DNA of 64,000 nucleotides from Hyaloraphidium curvatum SAG 235-1. Taxonomy: Eukaryota; Fungi; Monoblepharomycota. A program made the translations under genes and the position numbers. Below the pieces are notes generated by a model. It was not told where the DNA came from. It searched no databases and was given only the letters and a program-made list of their open reading frames with translations. Positions 50,034 to 63,649 of this stretch are shown here, piece by piece (the first letter of the stretch is position 1; every line of letters begins with the position of its first letter). The stretch is from positions 124,001 to 188,000 of the forward strand of contig JAIVFI010000040.1 in NCBI GenBank assembly GCA_025558095.1. The letters run 5' to 3'.

Positions 50034-51596
50034 ATGCAATGGAGGGCTCGGCCTCACCGTCCTCAATAGCCGGTCCCGACGTTGAAGAGGCCGAAACGCC
50101 GGTTCTGGAACCGCAGGCGAAGCGGACGCATGGCAAAGGTCGGCGGGGACGCACGACGCGACGGGGGTCAACCTCCGAGGCATCGACTTCCGGAGGAGGC
50201 CACCTGGCCCTTCAGCGGACCCTGTCTGGTGGAGTCGGAGGATCAGGCTCGGCCGCGAGGCCCAAGGGCGGCAAGCCGCGGTGGTACAACCAGGCCTTCC
50301 TGGTCTTCCTTGCGCTGAAGCAAGCCGGGACGCCGCTGCCGAGGGGCGAGCTCATCAAGCGCGCACTGGAGCTCGATAAGAAGATCGGGAGCGAGAGGGG
50401 CCTGCCCCCGTGCTTCACGGGGAAGGTGGGGGATCTCTGCCACCTTCAACGGCTCGCGATCTCAACCCCCGGCTTCGGCCCATGCCCCGCATAGACGCCG
50501 CAGAATTCCTGTTCGGCCGTTCTCACGGAGAACAGGGACAAGTACTTTGTCTCGCACAAGCCGCCGGGGGCGCCGGCGACCATCTTCTCTCTCGCCTACC
50601 AGCCCTACGACTTTGCGGACGCCAAGAAGAAGTACGACGAATGGACTGCGCTCCTTGTGGAGCACGATTACCCCATTTTCTTCGGAGGCATCAAGTGGTA
50701 CGACGAAGTGGAGTCGGGGAACGCGAAGAAGAAGGCGCCGTCGAGGCAGGGCTACGATTCCATCGGGATCAGCCCCCTCCTCTCGCATCCGGATCTTCCT
50801 CCTGTCGGCTCCTGGGATATCGGCTCGTCCAGGAGCGTTTCCGATGCCCGTTCGCGGATGCCCCACAGCGATTCGCTGCCGACGCTTTGCGTGGATCTCG
50901 ACCAGTGGTTCGAGAGCGATCCGCCGACGGTCCTGACCCACACGTTCGAGCCGGATGCGGGACTGGACGGCGATCGAAGCGTCGAAGATGCATCTTGTGG
51001 GGGCTTTGTCGGGCGCGCTGGGGTCCTTGGCACTTTGCACGTGGGCACCGCAAGATCCGACCTCCCGACATCTGTGCACGACATTGTCGAGGTCAGGGAG
51101 TCTTCGATCCCCAACGCCGGCCGCGGCGTCTTTGCCAAGCGCAGGATCCCCAAGCACACCATTCTGGGCTTCTACTTTGGTGTCCCAATGACGGAAGACG
51201 AGTTCGACTGCGTCAAGGAGAAGACGGGCTTGGCGTCGCAGTACGCGGTGGGTGCCGCGCTTGGCTGCGCTCACCCGCGCCAACGCACCCTTTGCAGATC
51301 CGATACCGCTTCACGGTGCTCGATGCGACGGATGAGAAAGGAGAGCCGTACCCGCCTTTCATCTGCCCGTTCCACTACATCAACGAGGATCCCTCGCGGA
51401 GGAACGCTGCGTTCAAGGAAGGCAACGTCGTGAACCAGATCTACGTCGAAGCCATCCAGGACATCGAACCCGGGGAGGAGATCTTTGTCTCTTACGGCAC
51501 CGAGATTGACAGGTGGGAAGGCCCCGAAGCCGGGCTGCCGCAGCTGACGGGACGCCGCCCAGATCGTCCTGGCAATCCAACACCGATACCGAGTAA
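50034..51596 (+). CDS. HARE-HTH-like winged helix + SET-domain protein (multi-exon)
   Basis: After intron 50426-50494 the N-terminal part reads AFLVFLALKQAGTPLPRGELIKRAL...FTGK|TPQNSCSAVL. The SET domain reads VEVRESSIPNAGRGVFAKRRI...HYINED...AIQDIEPGEEIFVSYG. Confidence 0.75.
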
Positions 51597-51832
51597 CCAC
51601 CAGAATATCCTGTACTTAGGCGAACCGAGCCCCTCTCGGTCCATTAATTTCTGTGTTTCAATTAGATCTTTCTCTGCGTGCTAGGCGCAGTCCTGGCCCG
51701 AAGTCTCAAAGGGACGCCCGTCACGCAGCTTCCGAGCCGGATCCCGAAGCATGCTCGGCACGAGGTCCGTGGACATTCGCTGCGGGCCTTCTGACGTCGA
51801 TTGGTGACGCCGATGCGCACAGCGAGGCGGCC

Positions 51833-54800
51833 ATGTCGGACCGCGGCGGGGAGCATTCCGAAGGCGACAGCTCCGCGCCCGCCCGTCGCTCCGCGCGCAC
51901 CGCAAAGGCAGCGGCAGCGGCGGGAACGGCTGGCAAGAGCCTGGAAAGCCGAATGCGGGATCAGGACGAGGCCGGCGACGACCTGCGGAAGGAGAGCGAT
52001 TCGGAGGGGGGCCACTCGGCGGACGACTCCGGGGACGAGGAGGTCGTGCCGCAGAAACGCAAGGCGCGCGCGCAGAAGAAGGATCCAGCTGCTGCAAAGA
52101 AAGCAAAGACCCAGATCGAGGAAGGAGGAGGACGCCAGAATGGTGTGTTCGCCGTCTGCGCATCTCGCCGTCATTCTCACTTCTCTTCCCAGCTGGCCGC
52201 CCTGGCAACAGCAGAAGTGCGCGGGCCAAGCCTACAGCAAAAGTATGTGTTGCTTGCGCGCGCCCTCGCGTTCTTCTAATCTTGTTCTCTCTCCACTTCG
52301 CCCAGCTCGACGGAGACTCTATCTTCCAGGTCGTGGCGTCCAGCGAGAGCAGTCTCGAGGCAGCAGTTGCAGACTGGCTCGCCGCCTACAGCGAAGACAA
52401 AGTTGCCGCAACGTGCGAGCTCCTCAACTTCTTGCTCCAGGCAAGTTGCCCCGCTTCCAGCGTGCGCTTCACTGTTGTCTCATTTCAAGTTCCAACGGCA
52501 GGCGGCCGGGTACCCGGGCAACTCCTTGGACGTCTCGGTGCTCGAGGATCCGGACGGGAACGACATCTCGGAGATCCTCGAAGCATTGAATCTGCGGATC
52601 GAAAAGGGCGAGATCAAGAACGAGGAAGTGTCGCTGCAAGAGTACCCGCTCATCAGCCGCAAGTACGCAGCAAAGAAGAGTCAACCGGGGGAGCAGAACA
52701 AGTTTGCCAAGGGCCTGCGGCAGTGGTGGATCAGGTGGATCGAAAGGATGCGACACAACATCCTCCACGGTGCGCGTGTTCACGGATCGTGTTTGCCGAG
52801 TCTCACCCCCTTCGCGCAGCCCGCGAAGAAGACGATCAGGAGAACGACGCCGCCACCCAGAGCTACGCGTGGGATGTTCTCAAGGTCTACACGCTGACGC
52901 TCTCCTCGTCGCCCATGAGGCACTTGAGGCACACCGCCACCTTTGCTGCTCTTGCGATGTGCTCGGGATTGTGCCAAGCGGGCCGAAAGGCGGCCGATGA
53001 AGAGGCATCCCTGCAACGCCAGCTTCAGGCGGAGAAGTCCAAGACGGGCAAACGCCACGAGACGCTCCAAAGCCGACAGAAGGAACTGGAATCGATGCGC
53101 AAGGCGATCGATGTCGAGTGCGCGGAGATTTTCAACGGGTAGGTATTCTGTCAGCGCCTCAACTGCTGGTGTTCTCATTCAATCCGCCCCACTGAAGCGT
53201 CTTTGTCCACCGGTATCGCGACGTCGACGCCTTGATTCGCAGCGATTGCATTCGGGAGCTCGGCGCATGGATCAAGACGTATCCCGAGACATTCCTTGAT
53301 GCGCAGTATCTGCGATACGCCGGCTGGATGATGAGCGACCGGACTCCAAAGACGCGCCTCCCGTCCGTCGTTTTCCTCAAGGACTTGCTCAGGGACCCGC
53401 AGGCGGCCACCGTTTTCGTCCCCGGTCTACGTCAGTTCCTGGAGCGGTTCAGGCCGCGCTTGCTCGACATCGCTCAGAGGGACACCGATCGAAGGTGCAG
53501 AGAGGAAGCGGCTCAGGTAGGAACGCCCGCCTTGCAGACAACCATCGTTGTCTAACTTCAGCCGCAAAGGTCGTCGTCGATGCGGCGCTGCTCGGAGCCC
53601 TGGGTGAGGAGGACGAAATCGATGATGCCATCCTGCCCATGCTTTTCGACGAGAACGGGATCGTTCGGCAAGCGGCTGCGAAGCATTTCGTCAACCTCTG
53701 GAAGACTTCGAGCGAAGATCTCGTCGCCGGAGCGCAAGACAACCTCACCGCCTCCCACGGCCAACTAAAGGCTCTCGTGCAACTCGTCTGCAAAGCCCTG
53801 CTCACGATCGACGGAAAGACCGGCGGCGAAGTGCCATTTACAGAGGAGCATGCACTTCAGATCCCCGAGCTCGGATTCTGGTACATGCACGAAGCCGCGA
53901 GTCTGGCGGGCGACGAACTCGACGGCGCTGCGCGGATGGGTTTTGCGATCGAGTCGCTCTTGGATGTGGATGACTGGAGCAAGGACGCCTTGATGGTCGG
54001 TCTGGCACATGCCGAATCGCGTGACTCGATGCTGACTTAGTCACTTCACAGAACTGGAAGGACATCCTCAAGTACCTGCTTCACGACTTTTCGTCGCCTC
54101 AGCGAGCTTCTGGTCGGAAAGCGCAACAGCAGCAGGCTGCGAGCCCGCTGGCTTTGAGCGCCGATGAAGAGGCAACCATGCTCTCTATCCTGAGGGCCAG
54201 CATTGACGAGAACCGGCGCCACGACGAGAAGGGCGACGACGATGCCGAAACGACCAGGCTTGAGCTCAGCCGAAAGCTTGCCGAAGACGTAACTCGGCTG
54301 CTCGCAAAGTACCAGGCTGATCCCAAGTGCACGGCTGAAGTCGTGTCGCTCGTCCAGCGCATCGATCCGGACATCTGGTTCGGCTCGCGGGTGCTTCGCG
54401 TGGGTTTGCTTTCCGCTCTCGTCAACGGAAAGAACTCACGTCCCTGTCGCCAGACACAAGAAGCGCTTGTCGAAGAGCTTCTGCGTGTCCTGCTTAGGAG
54501 CACTGACTCCGGTATCCTGATGCAGACCGCTGTTGCTCTCCGACATCTGCTCTCGAGTCCAAGCGGAGCGCGTGCGGCCAAGGACGGCAAGAGCAGGAGG
54601 AAATCGGCTGCCGCCGATACCCCGGCCAGGGACGTGATAGCGGGAAGCGTGCGGCGCAAGATCGCGGAGGCGTGCGAGGAAATTCTGCTGTCCGGCCTGG
54701 ACGCCAATTTGGATTCTCTGCAGGACCTTGCGACGTCGGACCATTGGGACCTTTCGAGTGCAAGCTCTTCGCTGACGACCGTGCAGTCTTGCGTGAAGCG

Positions 54801-57170
54801 GTTGGACGCTCTGATTGGGCACATCAACGTCGCGGATATCCTTTCCTCATCCGACATTCCCGCCGAGAAGAGCCTCTTCAGCATAGCTCTGAAGACAGCA
54901 GAGCAGAGCGCGCAGGCACTGCAGCAGGCGCAGAACCTCCTCGAGTCCGCACAGCTACCGACCTCTGCCGAACCCTTGGCAAGGACTCTGGAGCACGTTG
55001 CCCTCCTATGCCTGGAGATCCTGTTGCGCGACGTTCTATTCGAAGCTTGGACTGCAGCTGACGCGCATCACGTGCGGAGGGATGCAGACGAGATCGATTC
55101 TGCGACCCACGGTGGAGCCGCATCAGCCGCCGAGGCGCCCGACGAAGCCGCCGCCGCTGCCGCCAAGAAGCGCATCGAGGACAAGCTTGTGCCGCTCGCA
55201 AAGCTCTGCAGCGCCTTCTTGGGCAGCCAGGCGGATGTCCCTTTGGGCATTCGTGCGACATCTGTCAAGATCCTTGCCGCTAGCGCCGCGCTTGCGCAGA
55301 GCGACCTCGCAACGTCGCGTTCTCTCCAATCGGCTTTCGAATCCGTCATTGGGCGAGCTCTCACCGAGGTTCCGCGTGTAGTGGACCGATGCGTTGCCGT
55401 CACCAGCGGTCTCTTGCCTGCACTTGAGCGGTCTGCGGGAGATGACAGCGACAACGACGAGGAAGACAGGCGGACTGTTGCTTTCCCGACGCCGAAGCTT
55501 CCCGGATGCATCGTGCGTCAGGTTCGCTACCAGATGAATCTGCTCGTTGCGCAAGCCGTGAAGATGGTCAGGGGCCGTTATCTTCCCGAGGATGCCGCTC
55601 CCTCCATGCTGAAGTGGCTCGGTGTCAGCGAAGAGTACGAGCGGGCCATCATGCAACCGTTCGCAGAGCGCAAGGACGGTGTCTCCGCCACGGACGTTTC
55701 CGGGGGCCCGGGCGAGATCGTGATGCTACAAGCCTTCTGGGACAAGGTCGTCGGAGCGGTCCTTGGCGATTGGCTGGTCGGCGAGCAAGCCAGATCCCTG
55801 TTGCAACTCACTGCCCAGCTCAACACCGCCCGTGCCCAAGCCGAGACGCTGGACCAGATCAAGGAGGGGCTGAAGAGGGTTCTCGACGATGTCGTGGTCG
55901 GCTCGCTTAACGAGGTAATGTGTGGTCTGGTCCCTGCCGGCGGGGATTGACAAGCCTTCCTCCGCACACAGTCGGTGTTGCTCTTCACACAAGGTCAGGT
56001 TCCCACCTTGGACCACACGCTTCACCTTGCACGCTTCCTTTCCAACGACATCAAGACCTGGAGCACCTTGCTGCAACCGGGAAAGATCGCTGCCACGAAA
56101 AGGGACGCAGCTTTGGACCAGCTTGCCAGCTGCCTGTACAGCATTGGCGCCTGCATTGCCGACCGCGCCGGTGACGTCCTGAGTAGCTCGACAGCAGTGA
56201 TGCCGTCGCTGCAGGGGAAGAAGAATCTGGCAAGAATCAACGAGGGATGGAGGGCTTGTGTCTTGCTGGGCACAGGAGCTCTCCAGGCCATGGGTTTGAT
56301 TGCCGAGAAGAAGACCGAGGCGCTCAAGATCGACGAAACCGAGCGCAAGAGGTTGCAGGCCAAGATCGCACAGGTTGCGTACGTTATCTCACTTCAGTTT
56401 AACTCTTCGCCTGTGCTAACGTTCTCTGTGCAGGATCGCTCCGTTGAAAAGGCTGCTCGACGGCAAAGGGCTGAAGCCATCGCCATCGAGCTCCGAATGG
56501 GAAAGCTACTTCAGTTTCGTGCGGCTCTTGGAAGGAAAGCAGACGGAAGCCGATCGCAGGAAGGCCGCGAAAGCCGTCAGCGTTGCTCCCTCGAGAGGCA
56601 GGTTTGCCACGGATGCCAGCGATTCTAGCGCTGACGGACGTTTCGATGACAGAGGCCACCCCTGCTGCGAAAGGTGCCAAGAAGCGGCCGAGGAAGTCCC
56701 TAACGTTCAAGCCGGCAGATGAAGTCCAAGACCTGCTGGAAGCCGAGCTCCCTCGCCCGAAACCTAGCCGCACATCCACCAGGGCGAAACCGACCAAGGC
56801 ATACGAGGAGGAGGCTGACTCCGATGCTGAGATGCAGGCCGTGGATGACATCGCATCCAACGCGGACTCCGACATTCGCTCCCCTGCGCCGGCCTCGTAC
56901 GTTCCGTCCCCGAAGCCGGCATCCGATGCGGCGGGAGGGAGCGACGAGGAGGAGGACAGCGCGCCGGTTAGGCAACGACGGCCCCGGCCGGAGTTCAAGC
57001 TTTTCGAAGAGGAAGCCCCCGAGGAGAACAGCGAAAACGACGATGAGCTTCCGAACGTCAGCGAACTCATCCGTGCTGCTTTCCAAACTGGGAAGAGGAA
57101 GGATGTGGACGATGGGGCGGGACAGCGGCCCGCGGAAATCAGGCGGAAGAAGATCCGGATCGGAGAGTAA
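51833..57170 (+). CDS. SCC3: Cohesin subunit SCC3/STAG (multi-exon)
   Basis: Motifs: LSSSPMRHLRHTAT, FVHRYRDVDALIRSDCIRELGAWIKTYPETFLDAQYLRYAGWMMSD and FLERFRPRL. Confidence 0.88.
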
Positions 57171-57206
57171 TGGTATCGTGTTTCATACCCGTGACTATAC
57201 CCGTGA

Positions 57207-59133
57207 TCACCGTAGCAAAGGACCTGCGTTGAAAGAGTTACGATCCATTGGCCGGGACCAACGAACATGCAGCCCGACTCACTGTCCAGGACTGCAAATC
57301 CCGCGGCGACTCCTCCCTCATCCGAACTGCTTGACTTTGTTCGCAACAGGTGTCCCGCAGCCTGGTTGATGTGCACAGTGTTGCCGTCGCTCACCCAGGT
57401 CCCATACACGCCCAGCTCGCTGACAACGGGAGCGTCGATGACGACGCCGTTCCGCACCATGAAGGAGTTCGCAGGCGGTGGCCGTATTCGATCCATGAGG
57501 ATGTACGCCTGGCGTTCTTCCAACGACAGCGATTTGAGGAGAGGCGGGATGTCTTTCCCGTACACGTTGTTGCCTTTTGCACTGCGGATTAGCATAGATG
57601 CGATTGCCATGGATGGTATAGTTCACCTCCACCCTCGCGTTGGGGCTTCAGGACAAAGTCCTCAGGAGAAGCCATGCAACGCCGGATCGCGTCCCGCGCA
57701 AGTTCGGAATCGTCAAGCGGGTAAAGACCGGTCATGTTCTTGCGCAGGCTGGCTACCTCGTCTTTGTCCGAAAGGAACTTTTCCAAGATCCCAGGTAAGG
57801 CAAGGACCTGCTGTATCTTCTTCGTTCCCGTCAGATGATACGCAGCTGAAGGGCATTTGACGCTCCTCGAGCGCTCAATTAGAAGTCGAGCCTCCCATTC
57901 CTATTTGGCGAGAGGGCTTAGCGTTGAACTGGACCGATCCCGCCCAGACGGCGCGCACCTTCTCGCTGGGATAGTCGACCGGAGTGTAGCCGGCACGATA
58001 GTACACGACGGCGACCTCCTCGCCGTCAACGTAGAGCCGCCTCTCCGGTCCTTGGAGAGTCGCGCGCGGAGGCAAAACCTCCGACAGACTGCGACGAAGC
58101 ACGCGGATCCCATGCTTCTCGAAGAGCGTGTACTCAATCCAGCGCTGATCAAATGCATTGCGCTCATTCGGCTGACAGATCAGCAGCAGAACCGCACTGG
58201 TAGTCGGCAGATTAGACCGGAGGCGAACGGATGGCACGCAAGCCGAAACCAACGACTTGCTCCCGTACAACTCCCAGGCCTTGGCCATCGCAGCTGGGAG
58301 TGCAGTCATGCTAGGATTCGTAGGAAGCTGATCGCGGGAAAACGCGGGGGAGGGAGGGAGGAGGCGATCCACGAGGTACCTGCAGGAAAGCATCAGCAAG
58401 CGCTCCCTGGTTTCCATGTCTTGTTCCCACCTATGCAAATCCGAGACTTTCGAGGAAAGGCTGCTGAAGCTGGATGCAATGGTGTTGATCTCTACCTGAT
58501 AAAGCTTGGCTTCCGGACTCGCAGAAGTCAATCCCGGGGCGTGGATCATGTAGTCGCTTCGATGCAGTCCCAAATGGATGTCCTGGGGATTGCATATCCA
58601 TATCAGGGTCGTGCAAGTACGGATCGCTGCCTTTGCACGAACGTGGAGAACGCCTTCCTTGCGGACGGCCTTGTAGATGGCGTAGACACGTCCCGTGAAC
58701 TCGTCGTGCTTTGACAGGCTGTCGTGCGCCGTTCCGGCCGGGAGCCAGCGCAGAACAACAAGGAACGTCCCGGGAGGAGCCATCAATGCACAACCAGACG
58801 TCCGCGTCAGCGTGGCACGAGGAGAGGGCGACGCATTTCGCACCTCTCCATGATCGAGTCGAGGAACTCCCCGTCCGAGCTGATCGCGTGGACCAGCTTG
58901 TTCCATATGGGTTGGACGTCCATAACACGTCCGTACTGCTCCTTCGGGAATTCGCTGGGAAAGAGCGCGAACGGAGCGTGCACGACCGAGAAGGTCGACA
59001 CTGCAGGGGCTCCGGGCGGCGGATCGTGGGCCAGAGCCCGCATTACGAGGCCATTGGCCAGGGACCAGTCAATCGCCGCCGTAGCAAGCTTTTCGGCCTC
59101 CTCGGCGGCCATCACAGGCGATGCAGCTGCCAT
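57207..59133 (-). CDS. GSH2: Eukaryotic glutathione synthetase
   Basis: Motifs: [57 protein letters not shown] and [13 protein letters not shown]. Confidence 0.93.
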
Positions 59134-59342
59134 TACGCGATCGAGCCGCGGGGGACGTCGTGCGTTGCGGCACGGCGCGGGCGGCTGCTGGTACTGTACG
59201 CGAACCGACCACAAACCTCCTTCGCGCCTCGTTGAGCCGCTTGGAGCCGCGCTAGACTTTTTCGCGGCTTTGCGCAAGCTCTGACCACGAGCACGTCGGG
59301 GAAGCCGGTTTCGACGCCCCCCGGACCGGCGCATCGGTTGCA

Positions 59343-60547
59343 ATGGACATCGACGTCGGGCTCTGGGGCTCCATCGTCCTCTGGAACGTCGTGCCCGGCA
59401 CGGTCACGAGCTTTCTGCAGGGCCGCTACTATGCGCTGAAGTACGCCAAGGGCTCGCCGTCGATTCCCAAGGCCGGCCAGCCGAAGTACGCGCGGGACCG
59501 GGGCTGGATATACCTGTCGGTCGTCCTGCTCTACCTGCTGTACACGCTGTATCAGGTCGGTGCCGCCTGCGCGTTCCGGTTTGCCCGGCATGCTGAACCT
59601 GCCCGGCCAGTCGGTGCACTCGGTCACGTCGGTGCCGAACCACTACAATGTTCTGAGCGTGCAGATGGGAGACGACTTCGCCGTCAAGGACCTGCGGCGC
59701 AACTGGAGGAAGCTGTCCGTCATGTACCACCCCGACAAGAAGTGGGTTCGCGTGCCGGACGTCGGTGGCCGCGGGCTCACCGTCTTGCAGCGACGATCCC
59801 AACGCCGAAGCGACGTACATCCAACTTCGGCAGGCGTACGAGACGCTGAACGATCCTGCGAAGCGCTTGGCTTACGATCGTTTCGGTGCCTCTGTCGACA
59901 CCTGCAAGACTTGTCGGACCGAAACCGACTACGTCTGGCAGGTCGGCTTCTCCAACTTCTGGACGCACCACCTGCTCAACGGCCTGGTGCTCTTTGTTAT
60001 CTTTTTCGTGCTCCAGAGCAGCGAGCATGGCATCAGACGCTGGCGCGTCCTGCTGCACTCGCTCGCCGTGGTGCTCGAGGCCAGCCTGCTCTTCTCGGGG
60101 AGCAACTCTGGCAACCCCTTCGTCGCACGCACGCTGGGCCTGACGGCGTACCAGCAGGTCCAGATCCTGCGTTCGGCGGCCATGACCGTTTTCGTCGCCA
60201 TCCAGCACATCCACTCGGTCATGGTGTCGATCACGGGGACCCAGAGCGCCGGGCTGACGGACGATCCCAAGGACCTGCGCAACATCCTCGAAACGATGGA
60301 AAAGATCGCCGAAACCGAGGTGGTCGAGGTCCGGTCGCTGTTTGCGCACAGCTTCGACCCCTTCAAGAAGGACGAGGCGCTGCTGGCGCAGGTCAGGCGC
60401 CGGATGGAGAAGCTGGCCAACGAGATGCGCCTGTACGAGGTGCAGGAGGTGCGGGAGCAGTACAAGAACGTTCGGGCGGGCTTGAAGCGGACGGGCAAGC
60501 CTGTGGTGCCCCTGAACCGGACAAACGGCGTGCAGCAGCGGAAGTGA
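59343..60547 (+). CDS. Membrane-associated DnaJ-domain protein
   Basis: J-domain NHYNVL...LSVMYHPDK...LRQAYETLNDPAKRLAYDRFG flanked by hydrophobic segments. Confidence 0.85.
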
Positions 60548-60618
60548 GGGCGGCGGAGGCGAGGACTTGTGTGTCGCGGCGGCAGTGGAAGTGTACGATC
60601 ATACGAATGGAGTTCACA

Positions 60619-61580
60619 TCAGAAGAATCGCAACCAAATAATCAGCAGGATCATGGCAACAAGAACGATGATTATGGCGGCCGTAATGAGCTGGGTGAGA
60701 CCGTCAGCTGGTGTCCGCCTTCACACTCTCCGCTACCCCACCTTATTGGTAGCCATTCTGTGTGGGAGAGGCACGAATTCAAATAAGTTTGGCGTTACTC
60801 TGCGTTTCGCGGGGTGGCAAACGCACCTACGCTGCATCCCCTTCAGGACCCGCTGGGAGCTGGCAATGAACGAGTCCGCCGTGGATAGGGTATCCCTCGT
60901 CCGCAAAATCTGCTCCCTCTGCTGCTGCAGGGTGCCCAGCGTCTCGACGCCCACGTTCTCTGTTTACGGGAGGCCCGCGTCAGGGATTTGCCGGGGTCCG
61001 TGCCCGCGGTGTGAACCCGCCCGTCTCGATGGCGATCCGGTGCGCGTCCTCTAACCGCCGCGACGCGTTGTTCAGCCGGTCCGTCCCCGCCAGCAGCCGC
61101 GTCCGCTGGTCCTGTGCCGCGACCTCGGCGTCCAGGTCGCCCCGCCCGCCCTTGCCGCCCAGCAGCGCCTCGCGTTCCGCGTTGGAGAGGGTCGTTTTCT
61201 GGCCGGGATCCCCGCTCAGCCCACGCAAGGCAAGGCGGCCGAGCTGCCGCGTGTGCCGCGTACCAGGTCGCGCTTCAGCTTGTCCAGTTGCGCCTTGTAG
61301 TTCTTGACGCGCGGCTGCAGCTTCGCGCGCCCCGCGGCCGGCAGCGACAGCAGCTCCATCTCCATCTGCGCGATCTGCGGAGAAGTCAGAATGGGCGGCG
61401 CGGGCCGGCCGGCGTGCCCACGATCTCCTCCGCCTCGTCGATGTCGCGCTCCGTCTGGTTCAGCAGGACCTTCTTGGCCTCGCCGGCGGCCTTTGGCACG
61501 GCATCGGCGATCTTGGCCTCGACTTCGGCCGTCAGGGAATTGAACTCTCGTTCGTACGTCTCAAATATCTCCTCGCTCAT
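60619..61580 (-). CDS. VTI1: Vesicle transport SNARE VTI1
   Basis: Sequence includes MSEEIFETYEREF, DQRTRLLAGTDRLNNASRRLEDAHRIAIET and LQQQREQI, ending in a C-terminal transmembrane helix. Confidence 0.92.
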
Positions 61581-61681
61581 CCTCGGCTCTGGTTTGGGCG
61601 AAACGCGGACGAGCTAGGTGACGGAGTTGCGCGGCACGCACCCATCGAGCGATTCGCAGTCCCCGATCCGCCCCCCCGACC

Positions 61682-62292
61682 ATGTCGGCCCCGCGTGCCC
61701 CCCGAATCGCCTCGCTCCTTCTCCGCGCCCCCGCGCGCGCGCTGCCCCGGGGCCCCGCGGCGCTCGCCGCGCCCGCCCGGCCCCCGATTGCCCGCGCGTC
61801 CTCCTCGGCCGCCCCCGGCCCGGCCTCGCAGGCCGCGGACCTGCCGCGCCGCCCGCTCTCGCGCGCCGCGGACGATGTGCTGGTGCCCGACTTTGCCGGC
61901 GTCGCGGACCCCATGTTCCCCCCGGACGAGAAGATCGAGGTCAAGCGCGCGCGGCTCATGTACATGGCCCGCAAGCGCGGCATCCTCGAGTCGGACCTGC
62001 TGATGGGCACTTTCGCGATGAAGTACCTGAAGGAGATGCCGGCGGAGCAGCTCGCAGAGTTCGATTCGCTGCTCAAGGAGAACGACTGGGACATTTACTA
62101 CGTGGGTCGCTGATCCCGGGCCGGCCAGCCGTCTCTGACCGAATGCAGTGGGCAACGGGCGCCAAGGAAGCTCCGGAGGACATTAAGGAGCTCTCCATCT
62201 GGCCGCACGTGGTCGAGCACGCGAAAAACAAGGGCAAGAAGATCCTGCGGATGCCGGACCTGTCGGGAGGAAAGAGCGACCTCGATCCCTAG
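61682..62292 (+). CDS. SDH5: Succinate dehydrogenase assembly factor 2
   Basis: [25 protein letters not shown]...[11 protein letters not shown]|WATG, preceded by a mitochondrial-presequence-like N-terminus. Confidence 0.93.
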
Positions 62293-62696
62293 CGAGGAGA
62301 GCAGATTGCTTCACCGGTACATGCTAGGACACCGCGGCTCAATGTATTGCTCAAGCATTTGCTTCGACTCCGGATCAGTTGCCGCACCGGGGTTCAAGAG
62401 ATGGCCACCACACGACCGCGGAATCGGAATGGCAGCAATGCAGCGCACGGTCATGATCAATTCATGTCAGATTAGAGTGTCCGAGCCTTTTCCCTCTTTT
62501 CCCTCGCCACCCTCCCCTCATCCCCAGTGCGGGCGTTCAGCGCCCCTCTTCCTTGCCGCAGCCATTGGCAACGATACCCGCGTGCCAGTGCTCAAGTCCC
62601 CGCCACCAGGCGACCTCCACGTCCTCCCCCACAAGAACACATCCGGACGCACCATGAGCGCCCCTGCCCTCTCCAAGGGGCATAACCCGCCGCCTC

Positions 62697-63436
62697 TCAC
62701 GGCGACTTGGACGCCAGCGCCAGCGCGATCTGTCCCCGCAGCTGCTCCGCGTCCGAGCCGACGTACTCGTCGAACTTTTCGCCGCCGCGGTAGAACTGGA
62801 ACGTGGGGGTGTACTCGACCCTGCAGCGCCATAAGGGGAGGGACGCGGTTGAGCGCGGGCAGAACTTACTCGCAGCCCTGTGCAATCTCGGAAAAGTCGT
62901 CCGTGTCGACTGCCGGAACCGGTTAGATCGCGGGGCAGAGGAATAGGGAGGAGGAGATTATCAATCGGCGACCACTCGAGCTGCGCGGGCGCAAAGCGGC
63001 GCACCCTTCGCAAACAGGATGCTGGGATACATGTCCATGCAGGCCAGGAATTTGGGCTCGATGAGCTGCGGAGGTTGGCGCGTGAGCGCCTGGTCCCGAC
63101 GCGTCCGTGGGAGACGCGACGAACCCGACACGGGGGACACCACGTCGTCGAGAAATAAACCAGCACGACGCCCGGCCCGCGGATGATCCGGTTGAAATCG
63201 TCCGTCGACTCGACGACGTGCAGCCTTCGCCCGGCGGATGGCGAAGCGGGGGACACCGAAACCGCGCTCTCCTTGGGCGCGTCGGCGGACTGCGCGGGTC
63301 AGCTCGGCCGCGGAGCCGGGGTCGGGGCACGCACGTGGAACGAGTGCGAATCGGTGAACGACGTCGGGCGGTGCGGCTCCCCCGCCGAGCCGGCCCACGA
63401 GGCGATCGACGCCGACGACGCGTTCCGCGCCTCCAT
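62697..63436 (-). CDS. Thioredoxin with N-terminal Ser/Pro-rich extension (multi-exon; start uncertain)
   Basis: Motifs: VLVYFSTTWCPPCR, VDTDDFSEIAQG and VEYTPTFQFYRGGEKFDEYVGSD. Confidence 0.82.
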
Positions 63437-63649
63437 CGCGGGCCTGCGCTGCCCGGGTGCCGGGCGGGGCGCGGCGCGGGATGTGACGTGGCGGCCGCCG
63501 CTTCGGGCGGGCGCCCCGCGCCGACGGACAGTGGCACGATCGCGCTGGGTCGAAAAGTGGCAGGGAGACTGACGATGCCGCGCCGCCCGAGGACCCCGAA
63601 AGACATCTCCGTCCGCCGTTCCCAGCCCATCGCCCTAGCAGCCGCGCAA

